A stretch of 64,000 nt of DNA, from NCBI GenBank assembly GCA_023205875.1, contig CP060757.1, forward strand, positions 558,001 through 622,000, written 5' to 3'. Within the stretch, counting starts at the first letter, position 1. Each line of letters starts with the position of its first letter. The position numbers and the translations under genes are program-made. The notes beneath the pieces are model-generated. The model was not told where the DNA came from. It worked only from the letters and a program-made list of their open reading frames with translations, and made no database searches. Shown here piece by piece: positions 8,685-19,618 of this stretch. Origin of the DNA: Chloropicon primus (taxonomy: Eukaryota).

Positions 8685-11072
8685 TCACAGGCTCATCGCA
8701 TTGACAGTTGCGGTGACAAGTTTAATCAGGGCGTCGACGTCCTTGATGATGTTCTCTTGCTCTGGGATGGCTTTGACCGACAGGTTCCTCCTCACGTCAT
8801 CCACGAGGGGCCTTATCTTGTGCCTCAGGATCGTTTTCAGCGCGGTCCTCTCCTTGCTGTTGTTCGCGACCTGCATCTGGAGCCTCTTGTAGCCCTCCAA
8901 GACGTTCGGGTTCGTGTTCTCAGCCTCCGAGGCCATGAGCTTGCTCTTGGCCAAGTTCTTGGGCTTGCCGGGCTTGCCACTCGTGTTAGAGGCTTCGCTC
9001 GCCTTGGAACCGTTCTGCCTGACGGCCTCAGCCGCCGTCTCCTCGATGCCCTCCGTGCCGGTGGCCTTGTCCACCAGCTGCTGCTGCTGCTGCTGGGGAG
9101 GCTTGGACGAGGTCTCCGCCTTCCTGAGTTTGTTGACCTGAGCGTTCGACTTCCTGATGGAGATGAGCTCGGCGGTTCTGTGGTCCAGCGCGTCCTCCAG
9201 CTGGCGTTGGTGCTGGTCGTAGGCCTGGAGCTCCTCCTGGAGGTACAGGATCTGCTCGTCCCTTTCGTTAAGCCTCGAAGTGAGAGCGATCATGATGTCC
9301 CTCTGCTTGAGAAGAAGCTGCTTGTACCTGTCGATCTGCGCCTTGTTCTCTCCAACGTTGGTGAGCTCGCTCTCCAGCTCCTTGATCTTCATCTCGTACT
9401 CGGACCGGATCCTGTCGTGCTCCTTCTGAAGCATCTCCCTGAAGGCGTGCGTCTCTTGGATGTTCGTGGTTTGACCCCCGATGACAATCTGTCCCTGCAT
9501 GTCGGAGATCCTGTCCTCCAACTTTCTCTTCTCCTCCTTTTCCCTCAAGATCTCCCTGGACTGGGCCTCCAAGGCGACCATGGCCGCGAGCTTGTCCTGC
9601 TCGGCCTTTCGCCTCTCCTCCTCCAGCTCAAGCAGCTTCCTGCGGTCCACGAGGCCCTTTGACTTCTGCGAGAGCTCCGACCTCAGCTTCTTCAGCTCGG
9701 CCTCGTACTTCTGGAGCAAGGCCTTCTGGTCGAGATCCTCGTTCACGTAGGCGTCGTTCCTGATGTACTTGGCCCTGTGGGCGAACTTCAGGGTCGAGAG
9801 GGACTCCGCGTAACTGCTGGGCAGCGGGCTGACCGTGGCGATCATGGTGGTCTTGCAGTTTCCTCCCAAGCTGTCTTGCAAGATTCGGGTGAGTTTGGAG
9901 TCCCTGTACGGGATGTGCTTCTGTGGACCTTGAGGCCCGGTCAGGCAAGATATCACCTTTCCCAAGGCGGAGAGACTTTTGTTGATCTTCTTGCACTCCT
10001 CCAGCCTCTTTCCCGCCGCTCCCGTGACGTTCACCCTCTCCGAGCCAGCCAGGTCCACCAGGTTCAGCTTGCCCACTTGCACCTTCTTGGGGTTGGCGGC
10101 GTAGGCCCGGCCAGCCGGGCTCGCGGAAGGCGAAAGCTCCTGGGAAGACTCGCAGCTCTCCGTGGTGATGATGAAGATGGCGTGACTCCTCGACGAGAGC
10201 TCGTTTATTCTCGTCGCTCCCGTTGCTCTCCTCGCCGCACCCTCGCTCACGAGGGACATGGCCTCCCCCGGGCTCCTCACTACCCACTCCGACAAGCCCT
10301 CCACGAACAGTCCTCTCTTCTTCTCCTCCCTGATCGCCAAGTTGCTTCTGTCGGGCTTGAGCAGGTCCGAGATCTGCTCGTTGTAGATCTGCAGGTACGA
10401 CACGCGGACCAGGTACTTTTTGGACAGGGACTCGAAACCACCGGACGCTCCGCCGTTGTTCCGAATGTAGCTGAAGATGTCGTCCACGGCCCGGGGAATG
10501 ACTCCCCTCTCGCTGCTTCTGGCCGAAAGGACGCTGCCTTGCATGGTGTGGGTCTTACCACTACCCGTCTGGCCGTAAGCGAGCACGGTTCCGTTGTAAC
10601 CCTGCACAGTGGACAGGACCACGCCCTTGGCGCACGTGTTGTACATCTCCCCCTGCTTCACCTGGGGAGGAAGCACTGTGTCGAAAGTGAACTTGTACAT
10701 GTTGAGGAGACCGCTGGTGGAGTGGTTCCCCTCCCACAAGTTGACCCCGCCCTCGAAGAGGGTGACGACTTTGTTCTTCTCCACGACCACGGAAGGCCCG
10801 GGCTCGCAGTGACCCCTCAGCTGGGAGCTCAGCCTCATATGGCCGTCCTCGTTTATGCGCTTGTATATCGACTGCTCCCTCTCTATCTCCACGTCCAGCG
10901 GGGGTCGAACTCGAATGATGACCTTGAAGTTCTGCCTCGACTTGGACTCCTTCTTGGCCTCCCTCTTCCCCGCCTCCTCCCCCTCCATCCTGGCACCCGC
11001 CTCCTCCTGCCACCTGCCAGACTGGAGTGCCGCCTCTCTCTTCATCCTATCGACTCCTCCCAAGCCCTGCAT
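8685..11072 (-). CDS. Kinesin motor protein with C-terminal coiled coil
   Basis: RVRP, AYGQTGSGKT P-loop, SSRSHAIF, LVDLAGSER, HIPYRDSKLTRIL. Confidence 0.95.
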   Translation of the reverse strand: MQGLGGVDRMKREAALQSGRWQEEAGARMEGEEAGKREAKKESKSRQNFKVIIRVRPPLDVEIEREQSIYKRINEDGHMRLSSQLRGHCEPGPSVVVEKNKVVTLFEGGVNLWEGNHSTSGLLNMYKFTFDTVLPPQVKQGEMYNTCAKGVVLSTVQGYNGTVLAYGQTGSGKTHTMQGSVLSARSSERGVIPRAVDDIFSYIRNNGGASGGFESLSKKYLVRVSYLQIYNEQISDLLKPDRSNLAIREEKKRGLFVEGLSEWVVRSPGEAMSLVSEGAARRATGATRINELSSRSHAIFIITTESCESSQELSPSASPAGRAYAANPKKVQVGKLNLVDLAGSERVNVTGAAGKRLEECKKINKSLSALGKVISCLTGPQGPQKHIPYRDSKLTRILQDSLGGNCKTTMIATVSPLPSSYAESLSTLKFAHRAKYIRNDAYVNEDLDQKALLQKYEAELKKLRSELSQKSKGLVDRRKLLELEEERRKAEQDKLAAMVALEAQSREILREKEEKRKLEDRISDMQGQIVIGGQTTNIQETHAFREMLQKEHDRIRSEYEMKIKELESELTNVGENKAQIDRYKQLLLKQRDIMIALTSRLNERDEQILYLQEELQAYDQHQRQLEDALDHRTAELISIRKSNAQVNKLRKAETSSKPPQQQQQQLVDKATGTEGIEETAAEAVRQNGSKASEASNTSGKPGKPKNLAKSKLMASEAENTNPNVLEGYKRLQMQVANNSKERTALKTILRHKIRPLVDDVRRNLSVKAIPEQENIIKDVDALIKLVTATVNAMSL

Positions 11073-11657
11073 TTTCCTTTCTCAGCAGACACGCAATCCC
11101 CTTCCCTATACGAGGCGGGAGAGGACCCACCGCAGCAAGCAAGCAAAGTGTCAACAACCCCGAGGAGGCTTCGACGACGCGACACGACAGACTTCTGTCG
11201 GACACAACTTGAAGGCAGGCAAGGACAGGCAAGGAAAGGATTCTCTCTCTCCCCCCCCCCAACCAAACGGCTCGCTCGTTAATCCTAATCAATGCCAAGA
11301 CAAAAGGGGAGGAGCAGAGCAAGAGGAGAGAGAGAGAGAGAGAGGGACTTCTTCTCTTCTCTTCTCTTCTCTCAGAACAAAGGCAAACCTTTCCGCGGGG
11401 AAACAGGAGGAGGAGGAGACTGGACTGAGCTTTGGGTTTGGTTCTCTTCCTTGCCGAGATCCATCCATCCATCGTAAAGCAAAGTCCAGCCCTCCCCTTT
11501 GATGAACGGAAAAGTTTTCCTTGGGATCAGCGCTTCCAGAGGAGGAAGAGGAGGATCTGGGAAAAGCAGGATCACATGGATGGAGGGAGGGGAGGGGATG
11601 GTGATGACGGTGGGTGACGAGATGAGGGGGAGGTGAGGGGGACACGAACGCGGGGTA

Positions 11658-13526
11658 ATGCTGCTTGGAGCCTCGATCTTGTCATTGGGAAGGGGTTGGC
11701 CGACGCGGCGCCCCTTGGGAAGGGGGAAAGGACGGGGAGTGTTGGTGCCTCCTCCTCCTCCTCCTCCTCCTCTTCGGTGTCCCGGTCCCTCCTCCGTGCC
11801 GTCGTCGCGCGTCGTCGTCGTCGCGAGGGCGGACGCCAGGGAGCAAGGGAAGGAGGACTTGATCCTCGAGCCCGATTCGAAGGTCCTCTTCGTGGCGTGT
11901 CTGACGGGCCTGTGGACCGGCTCTGGAGTGGTTGCCTTGAATCGAGCCATCCATGCGGTGGAGGACGCCACGGACGCGCTGGGCGACGCGCTTCCAGGCC
12001 CCGGGGCGCTTCTCGTGCCGGTGATCGGCGGGGTGACCGTGTCGCTGATCCAGGTGTTGATGAATGGTCGTGAGGGGCTCGCGGGGAAGATGAGGGCGGT
12101 CCTCGACCCGGTTCTCGCCGCGGTCACGTTGGGGACGGGCTTCAGCCTCGGGCCGGAGGGCCCCAGCGTGGAGATAGGAAAGTCTCTGGCGAAGACCTTC
12201 AGGCGTCGGGCCATCCCGGAGAGGTGCTTCACCGCCCTGCTGGCGGCCGGGTCTGCCGCTGGAATCTCCGCGGGGTTCAACGCCCCAATCTCCGGAGTGT
12301 TCTTTGCTCTGGAGACGGTCCTGGAGAGGGAGACCTCGCAGGCGCGGAAAGCCAAGGCGGGGGACGCTCCCCCCCCCCCGAAGGAGGCCTTGGACCTCGC
12401 GGTCGTCACCCTTGCGAGCGTCCTCGCCGCAATCGTGTCGCAGATTGGGCTGGGCGCGGAGCCCGCCATGTCGATCCCAGAGTACCGGCTCGGCACCTAC
12501 GTGGATTTTCCGCTGTACCTCGTCTTGGGCTTTCTCTCGGGCGGTGTCAGCGTCGCCTTCACGAAATCCGTCTCGTGGTTCGACGAGTCCCTGGCGAGCC
12601 GCGACATTCCCAGGGAGGCGCTTCCAGTCTTCGGGGGGATCGCAATGGGCTTGATCGCTTGCTACGTCTCTCCCGAGGTCACGTACCAAGGGTTCGAGAA
12701 CTTCAACAAGATTTTGAGCGACACGGGGAGCTTCACCATTCCTGCTTTGGGTGTCATCTGCCTCTCCAAGATCGTGGCGACCTCCATCTCCAAGGCCTCG
12801 GGGCTTGTTGGAGGGATTTACGCGCCCACCCTCTTTCTCGGGGCCGCGACCGGCTCGCTCTACGGGAAGCTCCTCGACAACGTGTTTGTCGGGACACCGC
12901 TAGAGAATTTGGTCGCAGGGCAAGAGTCTTTTGCTCTGGTGGGGATGGCCAGCACCCTGTCAGCGGTCTGCAGGGTTCCGCTCACGTCCACGCTCTTGCT
13001 CTTCGAGCTGACAAGGGATTATAGCCTCATTCTGCCCACGCTTGGGGGCGTAGCCCTCTCCTTCCTGTTCGTGTCGTCCTCGGAGGGGTCCTCCCTGTTC
13101 TCCTCGCCGGCCAGGCCAGGAGAGCTGCCCGCCGCCTCAGGTGACGCGGTGATTGCCGCTGCCCCGGCGTCGGTCCCTGGCCTGGTCGTGGTTGGAGAAG
13201 ACGTTGAGGCCGCCGAGCTGCTTGGGCTGCTGGAAGACTGCTCCCGCCCTTACTTTGTCCAATATCGCGGCGGAGGAAACGGAGGTGGCCAGCGAACACC
13301 TCGCAGGATTGTGACTTCGGCTCGGGTGAGGGAGGCCCTCGTCGAGGCGACAGGGCCGATGGACAGGGCGGAAGTCGAGGAAATTCTGGCGCAGTGGGGC
13401 ACCGAGATTTTCCAGGTCGTGAGCCAAGAGGATGAAATCGGGTCCCTGCTGACGAGCGAGCCGAGCGACGAACTCTTCCTCGTGGTGGACCAGTCTTCGA
13501 ACCCAGTTGGAATTCTGCAGAAGTGA
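11658..13526 (+). CDS. CLC-family chloride channel, plastid CLC-e/f-like
   Basis: LGPEGPSVEIG, AAGISAGFNAPI.GV.FALE, GG.YAP.LF.GA, P.T..LL.FELT.DY; transit-peptide-like N-terminus. Confidence 0.9.
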   Translation: MLLGASILSLGRGWPTRRPLGRGKGRGVLVPPPPPPPPLRCPGPSSVPSSRVVVVARADAREQGKEDLILEPDSKVLFVACLTGLWTGSGVVALNRAIHAVEDATDALGDALPGPGALLVPVIGGVTVSLIQVLMNGREGLAGKMRAVLDPVLAAVTLGTGFSLGPEGPSVEIGKSLAKTFRRRAIPERCFTALLAAGSAAGISAGFNAPISGVFFALETVLERETSQARKAKAGDAPPPPKEALDLAVVTLASVLAAIVSQIGLGAEPAMSIPEYRLGTYVDFPLYLVLGFLSGGVSVAFTKSVSWFDESLASRDIPREALPVFGGIAMGLIACYVSPEVTYQGFENFNKILSDTGSFTIPALGVICLSKIVATSISKASGLVGGIYAPTLFLGAATGSLYGKLLDNVFVGTPLENLVAGQESFALVGMASTLSAVCRVPLTSTLLLFELTRDYSLILPTLGGVALSFLFVSSSEGSSLFSSPARPGELPAASGDAVIAAAPASVPGLVVVGEDVEAAELLGLLEDCSRPYFVQYRGGGNGGGQRTPRRIVTSARVREALVEATGPMDRAEVEEILAQWGTEIFQVVSQEDEIGSLLTSEPSDELFLVVDQSSNPVGILQK

Positions 13527-13661
13527 GCTTAAACCGGGGCGCGCCTTCTTGTAACATAATACTTATAACTCTTGTTTTTGACCCCAAAGCTCCTCGTTTC
13601 CCGCCCTCGTCGCCTCTTTCCCTCCCAGTCGCTTCAGATCTCCTCTTCTCCTCTTATTAAC

Positions 13662-14249
13662 TTACTGTTTCCTGTAGATCACCTCCTCCTTCCCCGCCTT
13701 CTTTGCAGCGATCCTCGCAGCAGTGAAGAGGTAGTCGCTGAGCCTGTTCATGTACTGGCCCACCTCCTTCTGGATGTTCTCCTTGCGTATGAGCGGAACG
13801 ATCTTCCTCTCCGCCCGCCTGCACGTCGTCCGAGCCAGGTGGAGGAAGCTGGCCGCAAGCCCCCCCGACGGCAGAATGAAGTTCTTCAGAGGCGGGATCT
13901 CCGCGTCGTACGCGTCGATCCACTTCTCCAAGTCTTCCGTCGGCCCCGTAGGAAACACCACCCGCATCGACTTCTTCTCCGTGGCCCTCTCCGGGGGCGT
14001 CGCCACCGCAGATCCGACGTCAAGCAGACGAGACTGGATGGCCTCCAGCTGCTCACAGAGCTCGCTCGACCCCGGGAGCGTCGCGCAGTACTCCCTCGCG
14101 ATCCCGAGTTGGCTGTTCAACTCGTCCGTGTCCCCGAGGGCCTCGAACACCGCATCGCTTTTCTCGCGCCTCTCCCCCGTGTAAAGGGAACTCGTCCCCT
14201 CGTCCCCAGTCTTGGTATAGATCTTATAGGATCCCGACGATGACGTCAT
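13662..14249 (-). CDS. MMAB: Cob(I)alamin adenosyltransferase (PduO/MMAB type)
   Basis: KIYTKTGD.G.S, G.TDELNS.LG, FILPSG, LHLARTTCRRAER, YMNRLSDYLF. Confidence 0.92.
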   Translation of the reverse strand: MTSSSGSYKIYTKTGDEGTSSLYTGERREKSDAVFEALGDTDELNSQLGIAREYCATLPGSSELCEQLEAIQSRLLDVGSAVATPPERATEKKSMRVVFPTGPTEDLEKWIDAYDAEIPPLKNFILPSGGLAASFLHLARTTCRRAERKIVPLIRKENIQKEVGQYMNRLSDYLFTAARIAAKKAGKEEVIYRKQ

Positions 14250-14482
14250 ATCCTCAAACAAACTCTTGGTCCTCCGAGGGCCCTTCCCAAAGAGACGCTC
14301 AGACAGATCCTCCCCCCTAATCTCCACCCTCCCTCGCCCTCGCCCTCGCCCTCGCCCTCTCACCCCCTTCTACGCCGGACTCCTCGCCCTCGCCCTCGCC
14401 CCTCCTCGCCCCTCGCTCTGCCCGAACTCGGCTGTTCTGACTGGCCCTTTTCCTTTCCTTTTATAACAGACCCGTGTCGGCC

Positions 14483-15973
14483 ATGACCAGTCGAGCTTGG
14501 TTGCGGAGGTCGTGCGGGAGCTCCGTGTGGAGGCGGGTTCCTTCTTCGGAGTGTCGACCGCGGCGCGGAGGTCTGTGTCTGTGGGCGACGCCTTCGCTGC
14601 GCGAGGAGGCGGTGCTCGTTCGCAGGAGGGGCTTGGTGGTGAGTGCTGGGGGGGGGGGGAGGACGACAGAGGGAGTGGGAGAGGGAGAGGGGAAGAAGGC
14701 CTCGCTTCCGTGTGCGGTTCTGAAGAAGGGCAAGGTGAACCTGTTCGAGCAGAACAGGAACCCGATAATCTATGGCGGAGCCGTGGAGAGGGTGGAGGAG
14801 GGGGAAGGACCAGGCCTCGATCCAGGAAAGCCTGTGTTCTTCTCGGATTGGAAAAGGAGGCTCCTGGGCTGGGGTTTCTACAATCCGACGTCCATGTACC
14901 GCTGCAGGATTATGGAGTTCGCCTCGGACGCCTCGTTTCGCGAGGACCTGTCCGCCGAGAGGATAGAGTCTTTCCTGGTGGAGAGGGTGAGGGAGGCCAT
15001 CGAGGCCAGGGCGAGAGTCGGGTTGCCTTCCGCGCACACGGACGTCTACCGATTGGTCAACAGCGAGGGGGACAACCTCAGTGGCCTCGTGGTGGACAAG
15101 TTCGGGAGTAGCCTTGTCGTGCAGAGCTCGGGGGCTTGGGTGGAGAGGCACAAGGCGGTGATAATGAAAGCTCTCGCGAGCGCCGTCGACGGCAGCGATA
15201 CGATCGCGTGGAGGTCGGACGTCGGCATCCTGAAGAAGGAGGGGCTCGACGTGGACGCCGATTTGGAGCTCTTTCAGGTCCATCGGGCGGACGAGGGGAT
15301 CTCCCTGCGGGAAGGGGGCGACGACGCGAGCCGGAAGGTCACCGTGACCGAGAACGGTGCTGCCTTCGCAGTTCGGATCGACATGCAGAAGACAGGTTTC
15401 TACTGCGACCAGAGGGCCAACAGGAGCTTTGTGAAAAAGGTTGCGAAGGGCAAATCTTGCCTGGACTTGTGTTGCTACACGGGCGGGTTTGCAGTAGCAG
15501 CGGCGATCGGGGGGGCATCGTCCGTCACCGGGGTGGACTCGTCCAGCACTGCGATTGAAATGGCAAACGAGAACGCGAAGCTCAACGGCGTGGACGCCGA
15601 ATTCGTAGAGGACGATATCTCGAAGTTCATGAGCAAGCACATCGAGCGTGGAGACGAGTGGGATCTCGTGGTCCTCGATCCGCCCAAGCTTTGCCCCAGC
15701 GCAAAGTTCATGAAGCAAGCGACGAGGAAGTACGAGAAACTCAACATGATGGCGATGCAACTGGTGGCGAAGGGCGGGGTCCTCGTCACCTGCAGTTGCT
15801 CCGGGGCGATGACGAGGGGCAACGCTTTCGTTCCGATGCTCACGAGGGCGGCCGCGAGAGTTGGGAGAGACGTGAAAGTGGTCAGGTTGGCGGGCGCCGC
15901 GGAAGACCACATGACGAGCCTCCGGTACCCAGAGGGGGAGTACCTGTCTGTCGTGACTTTGATTGTATCGTAA
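14483..15973 (+). CDS. RlmI-like SAM-dependent RNA m5C methyltransferase (organellar)
   Basis: PUA-like start, YRLVNSEGD.LSGL.VD, QKTGFYCDQR.NR, LDLCCYTGGF, DLVVLDPP, TCSCS, PEGEYL. Confidence 0.88.
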   Translation: MTSRAWLRRSCGSSVWRRVPSSECRPRRGGLCLWATPSLREEAVLVRRRGLVVSAGGGGRTTEGVGEGEGKKASLPCAVLKKGKVNLFEQNRNPIIYGGAVERVEEGEGPGLDPGKPVFFSDWKRRLLGWGFYNPTSMYRCRIMEFASDASFREDLSAERIESFLVERVREAIEARARVGLPSAHTDVYRLVNSEGDNLSGLVVDKFGSSLVVQSSGAWVERHKAVIMKALASAVDGSDTIAWRSDVGILKKEGLDVDADLELFQVHRADEGISLREGGDDASRKVTVTENGAAFAVRIDMQKTGFYCDQRANRSFVKKVAKGKSCLDLCCYTGGFAVAAAIGGASSVTGVDSSSTAIEMANENAKLNGVDAEFVEDDISKFMSKHIERGDEWDLVVLDPPKLCPSAKFMKQATRKYEKLNMMAMQLVAKGGVLVTCSCSGAMTRGNAFVPMLTRAAARVGRDVKVVRLAGAAEDHMTSLRYPEGEYLSVVTLIVS

Positions 15974-16038
15974 CTTGAGCACGCCAAAGACTCTATTCCT
16001 TGGTTCTTCTCTTAATTTTTTAACTTTGAGCCGGTTAC

Positions 16039-16875
16039 TCAGTGGCACTCGCTACCGTGCGGAATCTCAAAGCCACAGGCGTTGCGCGCCACGACCTTCA
16101 GGTCCATCAGGGCTTGGCTTCCCCCCAGCGAGTTCACGACATCTCCCCTGCAAAAGCAGGAGCCGTCGAACCTGTTCATGCCCCTCAAAGCATCGCAGCA
16201 CGTCAGCACAAAGGGCAGCCCGGCCTCCTCCAGCCCGGCCTTCCACGTCGGCGCGCACTCGCTGGCGGCCCTCAGGGCGAGCTGGGAGCACACGGGGAAC
16301 GCGCCTCCCTCCCCGGAGTCCTCGCGCCCTAGCGCCTTTCGAGCGGCCGCCTGCTCGTCGATGGACTCGTACACCAAGAACGCTTGGTTGGCGATCCAGC
16401 TCTCGAGAACCTTTCTGGACCTCGCCTCGTCGCCGCGCGAGAGCGCGATCTCAGCCAGGAAAGGGAAGTTGGCGGCCGCGACCCTCGACTCGGTGCAGGA
16501 GTCCGTCGATCCCAGCCCAATCTGATCCAGGTGGCACCGCCGGGCGGACGCCTCCATGTCGAAGGGGACCTCCCTCCCGCGGGCGAAGATGTGCTCCTCC
16601 CCGCGGGGGTCCTCGGCCTTGCTCAGTAGGCACGGGCACGCCGTCGCCTCGTACGCCGCGACGGACGAGCAACACCTGAGCAAATCGGGGCCGTCCGCGC
16701 ACCCCTGGGCCACCATGGCCTCCATCGTCTCGCACGCCCTCTGCCTCAGCTCCTCGAGCTGCCAGGCCACACCATCGCCTTCCAAGGCCGCCACGCTCGT
16801 CGTCGTCGCGGGAGCCGAGATCCAGGCGGCAAGACACGCCACAAGCGCGAGCGAAATCGCTCCGCGAACCCTCAT
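16039..16875 (-). CDS. Secreted cysteine-rich protein with two C..CC..CxC..C repeats
   Basis: Signal peptide after ATG 16875; two similarly spaced Cys modules (RCC..CPC..RCH; TCC..CFC..ACG). Confidence 0.7.
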   Translation of the reverse strand: MRVRGAISLALVACLAAWISAPATTTSVAALEGDGVAWQLEELRQRACETMEAMVAQGCADGPDLLRCCSSVAAYEATACPCLLSKAEDPRGEEHIFARGREVPFDMEASARRCHLDQIGLGSTDSCTESRVAAANFPFLAEIALSRGDEARSRKVLESWIANQAFLVYESIDEQAAARKALGREDSGEGGAFPVCSQLALRAASECAPTWKAGLEEAGLPFVLTCCDALRGMNRFDGSCFCRGDVVNSLGGSQALMDLKVVARNACGFEIPHGSECH

Positions 16876-18100
16876 CACCACCGGCCTCGGGAATGAATGC
16901 TGCAAAACGCCTTGCCTTGTCTGGAATGGAAGGTCCCGTCCCGTCCCGTCCAATGAGATGATCCCCTCCCCTCCGTCCCCAACGTGTGGCGTCAGGCAGG
17001 ACGCAAAGAGCCCTGGATCTGATGCCAACAACAACAGTCCCGCCCCCGTCCCTGGCCGCCCCGATGCCAGGCGTTACTGACGCAGCCTGCCTGCCTCTCG
17101 CCGATCATCTCCTTCCCAGATTTCTAAAATGCGATTTTGATTTTCATTGATTCCTAATCAGGGGATCGGATCGGCGCCGCCGGCAAGGAGGGAGGGAGTC
17201 GGAGGGGAGGCGCGGAGGCGCGGGGGCGGGGGGCGGAGGGGGGGGAAGACCTTGTCCCGCCGCCTTTCGCTCCGATGAAGCCGCCCGTGTCCTCCTCCCT
17301 TTCCTTCCTTTCCTTTCTTTCTTTCTTTTCCGCGGAGAGGAGATCGTGTCGCGGTCGCGAGGAAGGGGGGGGTAAGTGGTCCTCGCAAGCGAGAGCGAGA
17401 ACGAGAACGAGAGAGAGTGTGGTTGCTTGCGTGTCTGCGCACGCTTCGTGTGATTGCTTGCGTGAATCCTCAGTCTGCTTTATCCTCCGTACGTGTCACT
17501 CGTATCCTATCGAGCCTGAGACGTCCCGGTGACTGAGGAAAGTAAACTAGAGGCGCGGATGGGTGAGGTTGCAAGAAAAACATGATGTAAACCTCAATAA
17601 TCTTCGCTACATTTCCCCCTCAAGGAATCCTTGTGTGGTTCCTTTCGCGTTTCGACGAGACGGCCACGAGAACCAGAAGGTTCTTGCTCGTTCGCCTCCG
17701 ACAGGCAGTTCGCTGACCTTCTCCTTTCTCTCCTTGGTTCCCAACGACGGCGCACGCGACAATGCAGAACTCGCAGCACGAGCGGGCTCGCCTCGAAGCA
17801 TCGACGGACCTTCGTGCAGCTGGCCCACCCAGGGGGACGACGCGCGGGACTCTGCCTCGGAACGGCGAGTGCGTCCGTTCTTCCTCTCGACCTGCGCACA
17901 TCTCAGAGTATTGTATTAGTATTGTATTGTATTGTACAACGTCTTTCGAACATGCCTCTCCTCTTGCTGCTCGCGCGGGATCGGATCTCCTACCCTACCT
18001 CCCCCGCACCCATCCATCATCATCCATCCCACCCCCCTCCTCTCTCCCCGAGATCTTGCTGCTGCTGCTGATATTTAGTTGAGACCCCACGACGACGACG

Positions 18101-19471
18101 ATGATGATGGCGTCTTCGCTCCACGCGACGACGAGAAGGATGGCGGCAGGGACCTGCGGGAGGCGTCTCCTGTCCGAGGGTTGGGGCACGGGTGTGCGCG
18201 TCACCGGGGCGGTGGCTGGCTCCTCTTACCTCGCGGAAAGGAGCTTCTTCAGCGGTGGTGGGGAGGGAAACAGCTTTGGTGGATCCGACAGGGTCCCACC
18301 GAGTTTCATCAGGAACAGGCACCGCTTGAATCTTCCCGCGAACACGATTGTGAAGATCGTTCCCCAGCAGGAGGCTTGGGTGATCGAACGCTTCGGCAAG
18401 TTCAACCGAGTCCTTGACAGCGGCATTCACCTGCTCATCCCGATAGTCGACTCCATCAGGTACGTGCACAACTTGAAGGAGCAGACGCTGGACATTCCGA
18501 ACCAGAATGCGATTACGCGAGACAACGTTGCGGTCACCATCGACGGTATTCTCTATGTCAGGGTCGTGGACCCCTACAAGGCCTCTTATGGGGTGGAAGA
18601 TCCCCTTTACGCCGTGCAGATGCTCGCCCAGACCACCATGAGAAGCGAGATAGGTAAAATATCCTTGGACAAAACCTTTGAGGAGAGAGACTCGCTGAAC
18701 GTGAAGATTGTGAAGAGGTAAGATTATTCACCCGCACGGGGGGGGCTCTTTGCACGCGCGCTGACGCCGTTGTTGTTTGTTTTGCCTCTCTTTCTCCTCG
18801 TGCCCGACGACGCCACGCGCGCCAGCATCAACGAGGCGAGCTCTGCCTGGGGCCTGGAGTGCATGAGGTACGAGATCAGGGACATCGCCCCGCCTTTCGG
18901 AGTCAAGGCGGCCATGGAGCTGCAGGCGGAAGCGGAGAGGAGGAAGAGGGCCACGGTATTGGAGTCGGAGGGTGAGAAGCAGAGCGCCATAAACAAAGCT
19001 CAGGGAGAGAAGGAGGCCAAGATATTAGCGTCGGAGGCCAAGGCCCAGGAGATGATCAACAAGGCCGATGGAGAGGCGGAGTCTATCCTCAGGCTCGCAG
19101 ATGCGACTGCGAATGGTATCAAGACGGTAGCAAAGTCCGTTGGGGCTCAGGGCGCGGAAGGAGCTATCAAGCTTAGAATCGCGGAGCAGTACATATCAGC
19201 CTTCGAGAAGCTGGCCAGGGAGACGAACACGATCGTGCTGCCTCAGAATCTGAGCGACACGAACTCCATGGTGGCGCAGGCGATGGCCATTTACAACTCT
19301 TTTGGCAAGCAGAAAGCGGTGCTGCCACCTGGACTCCCGGCCGGTGAGGAGGGCGACCATGCGGAAGGTGAGGAGGCCCACGACGAGGGAGACGGCGAGG
19401 GAGACGGCGAGGGAGACGAGGAGGACGAGGCCCCCCAAGGACCCAAGCCTCCGTTCTCCTTGCAGAGTTAA
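18101..19471 (+). CDS. Mitochondrial stomatin-like protein 2 (SPFH); intron 18718-18825
   Basis: VPQQEAWVIERFGKF, TRDNV.V.IDG.LY, LAQTTMRSEIG, AERRKRA; GTAAG..CTGAC..CAG intron joins the frames. Confidence 0.93.
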
Positions 19472-19618
19472 GAGTTCCCGGAGTTCCCGAGATCAGTTTT
19501 CAACAACTTCCACCTAAAATATAGTTATAATACAAAAGGTTCAGAGTCGCGAGTCGTTGGAAGAAAGCGACCAGGCTGAGGCGCTGGGCGCGCCCGCTCG
19601 TTCGAGTTGCTCGGTCAC

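Noticed and set aside
17500..17560. TPP riboswitch or RNase MRP (CTGAGA, GAGGAAAGT motifs)
   Set aside because: The other conserved elements of both families are absent.
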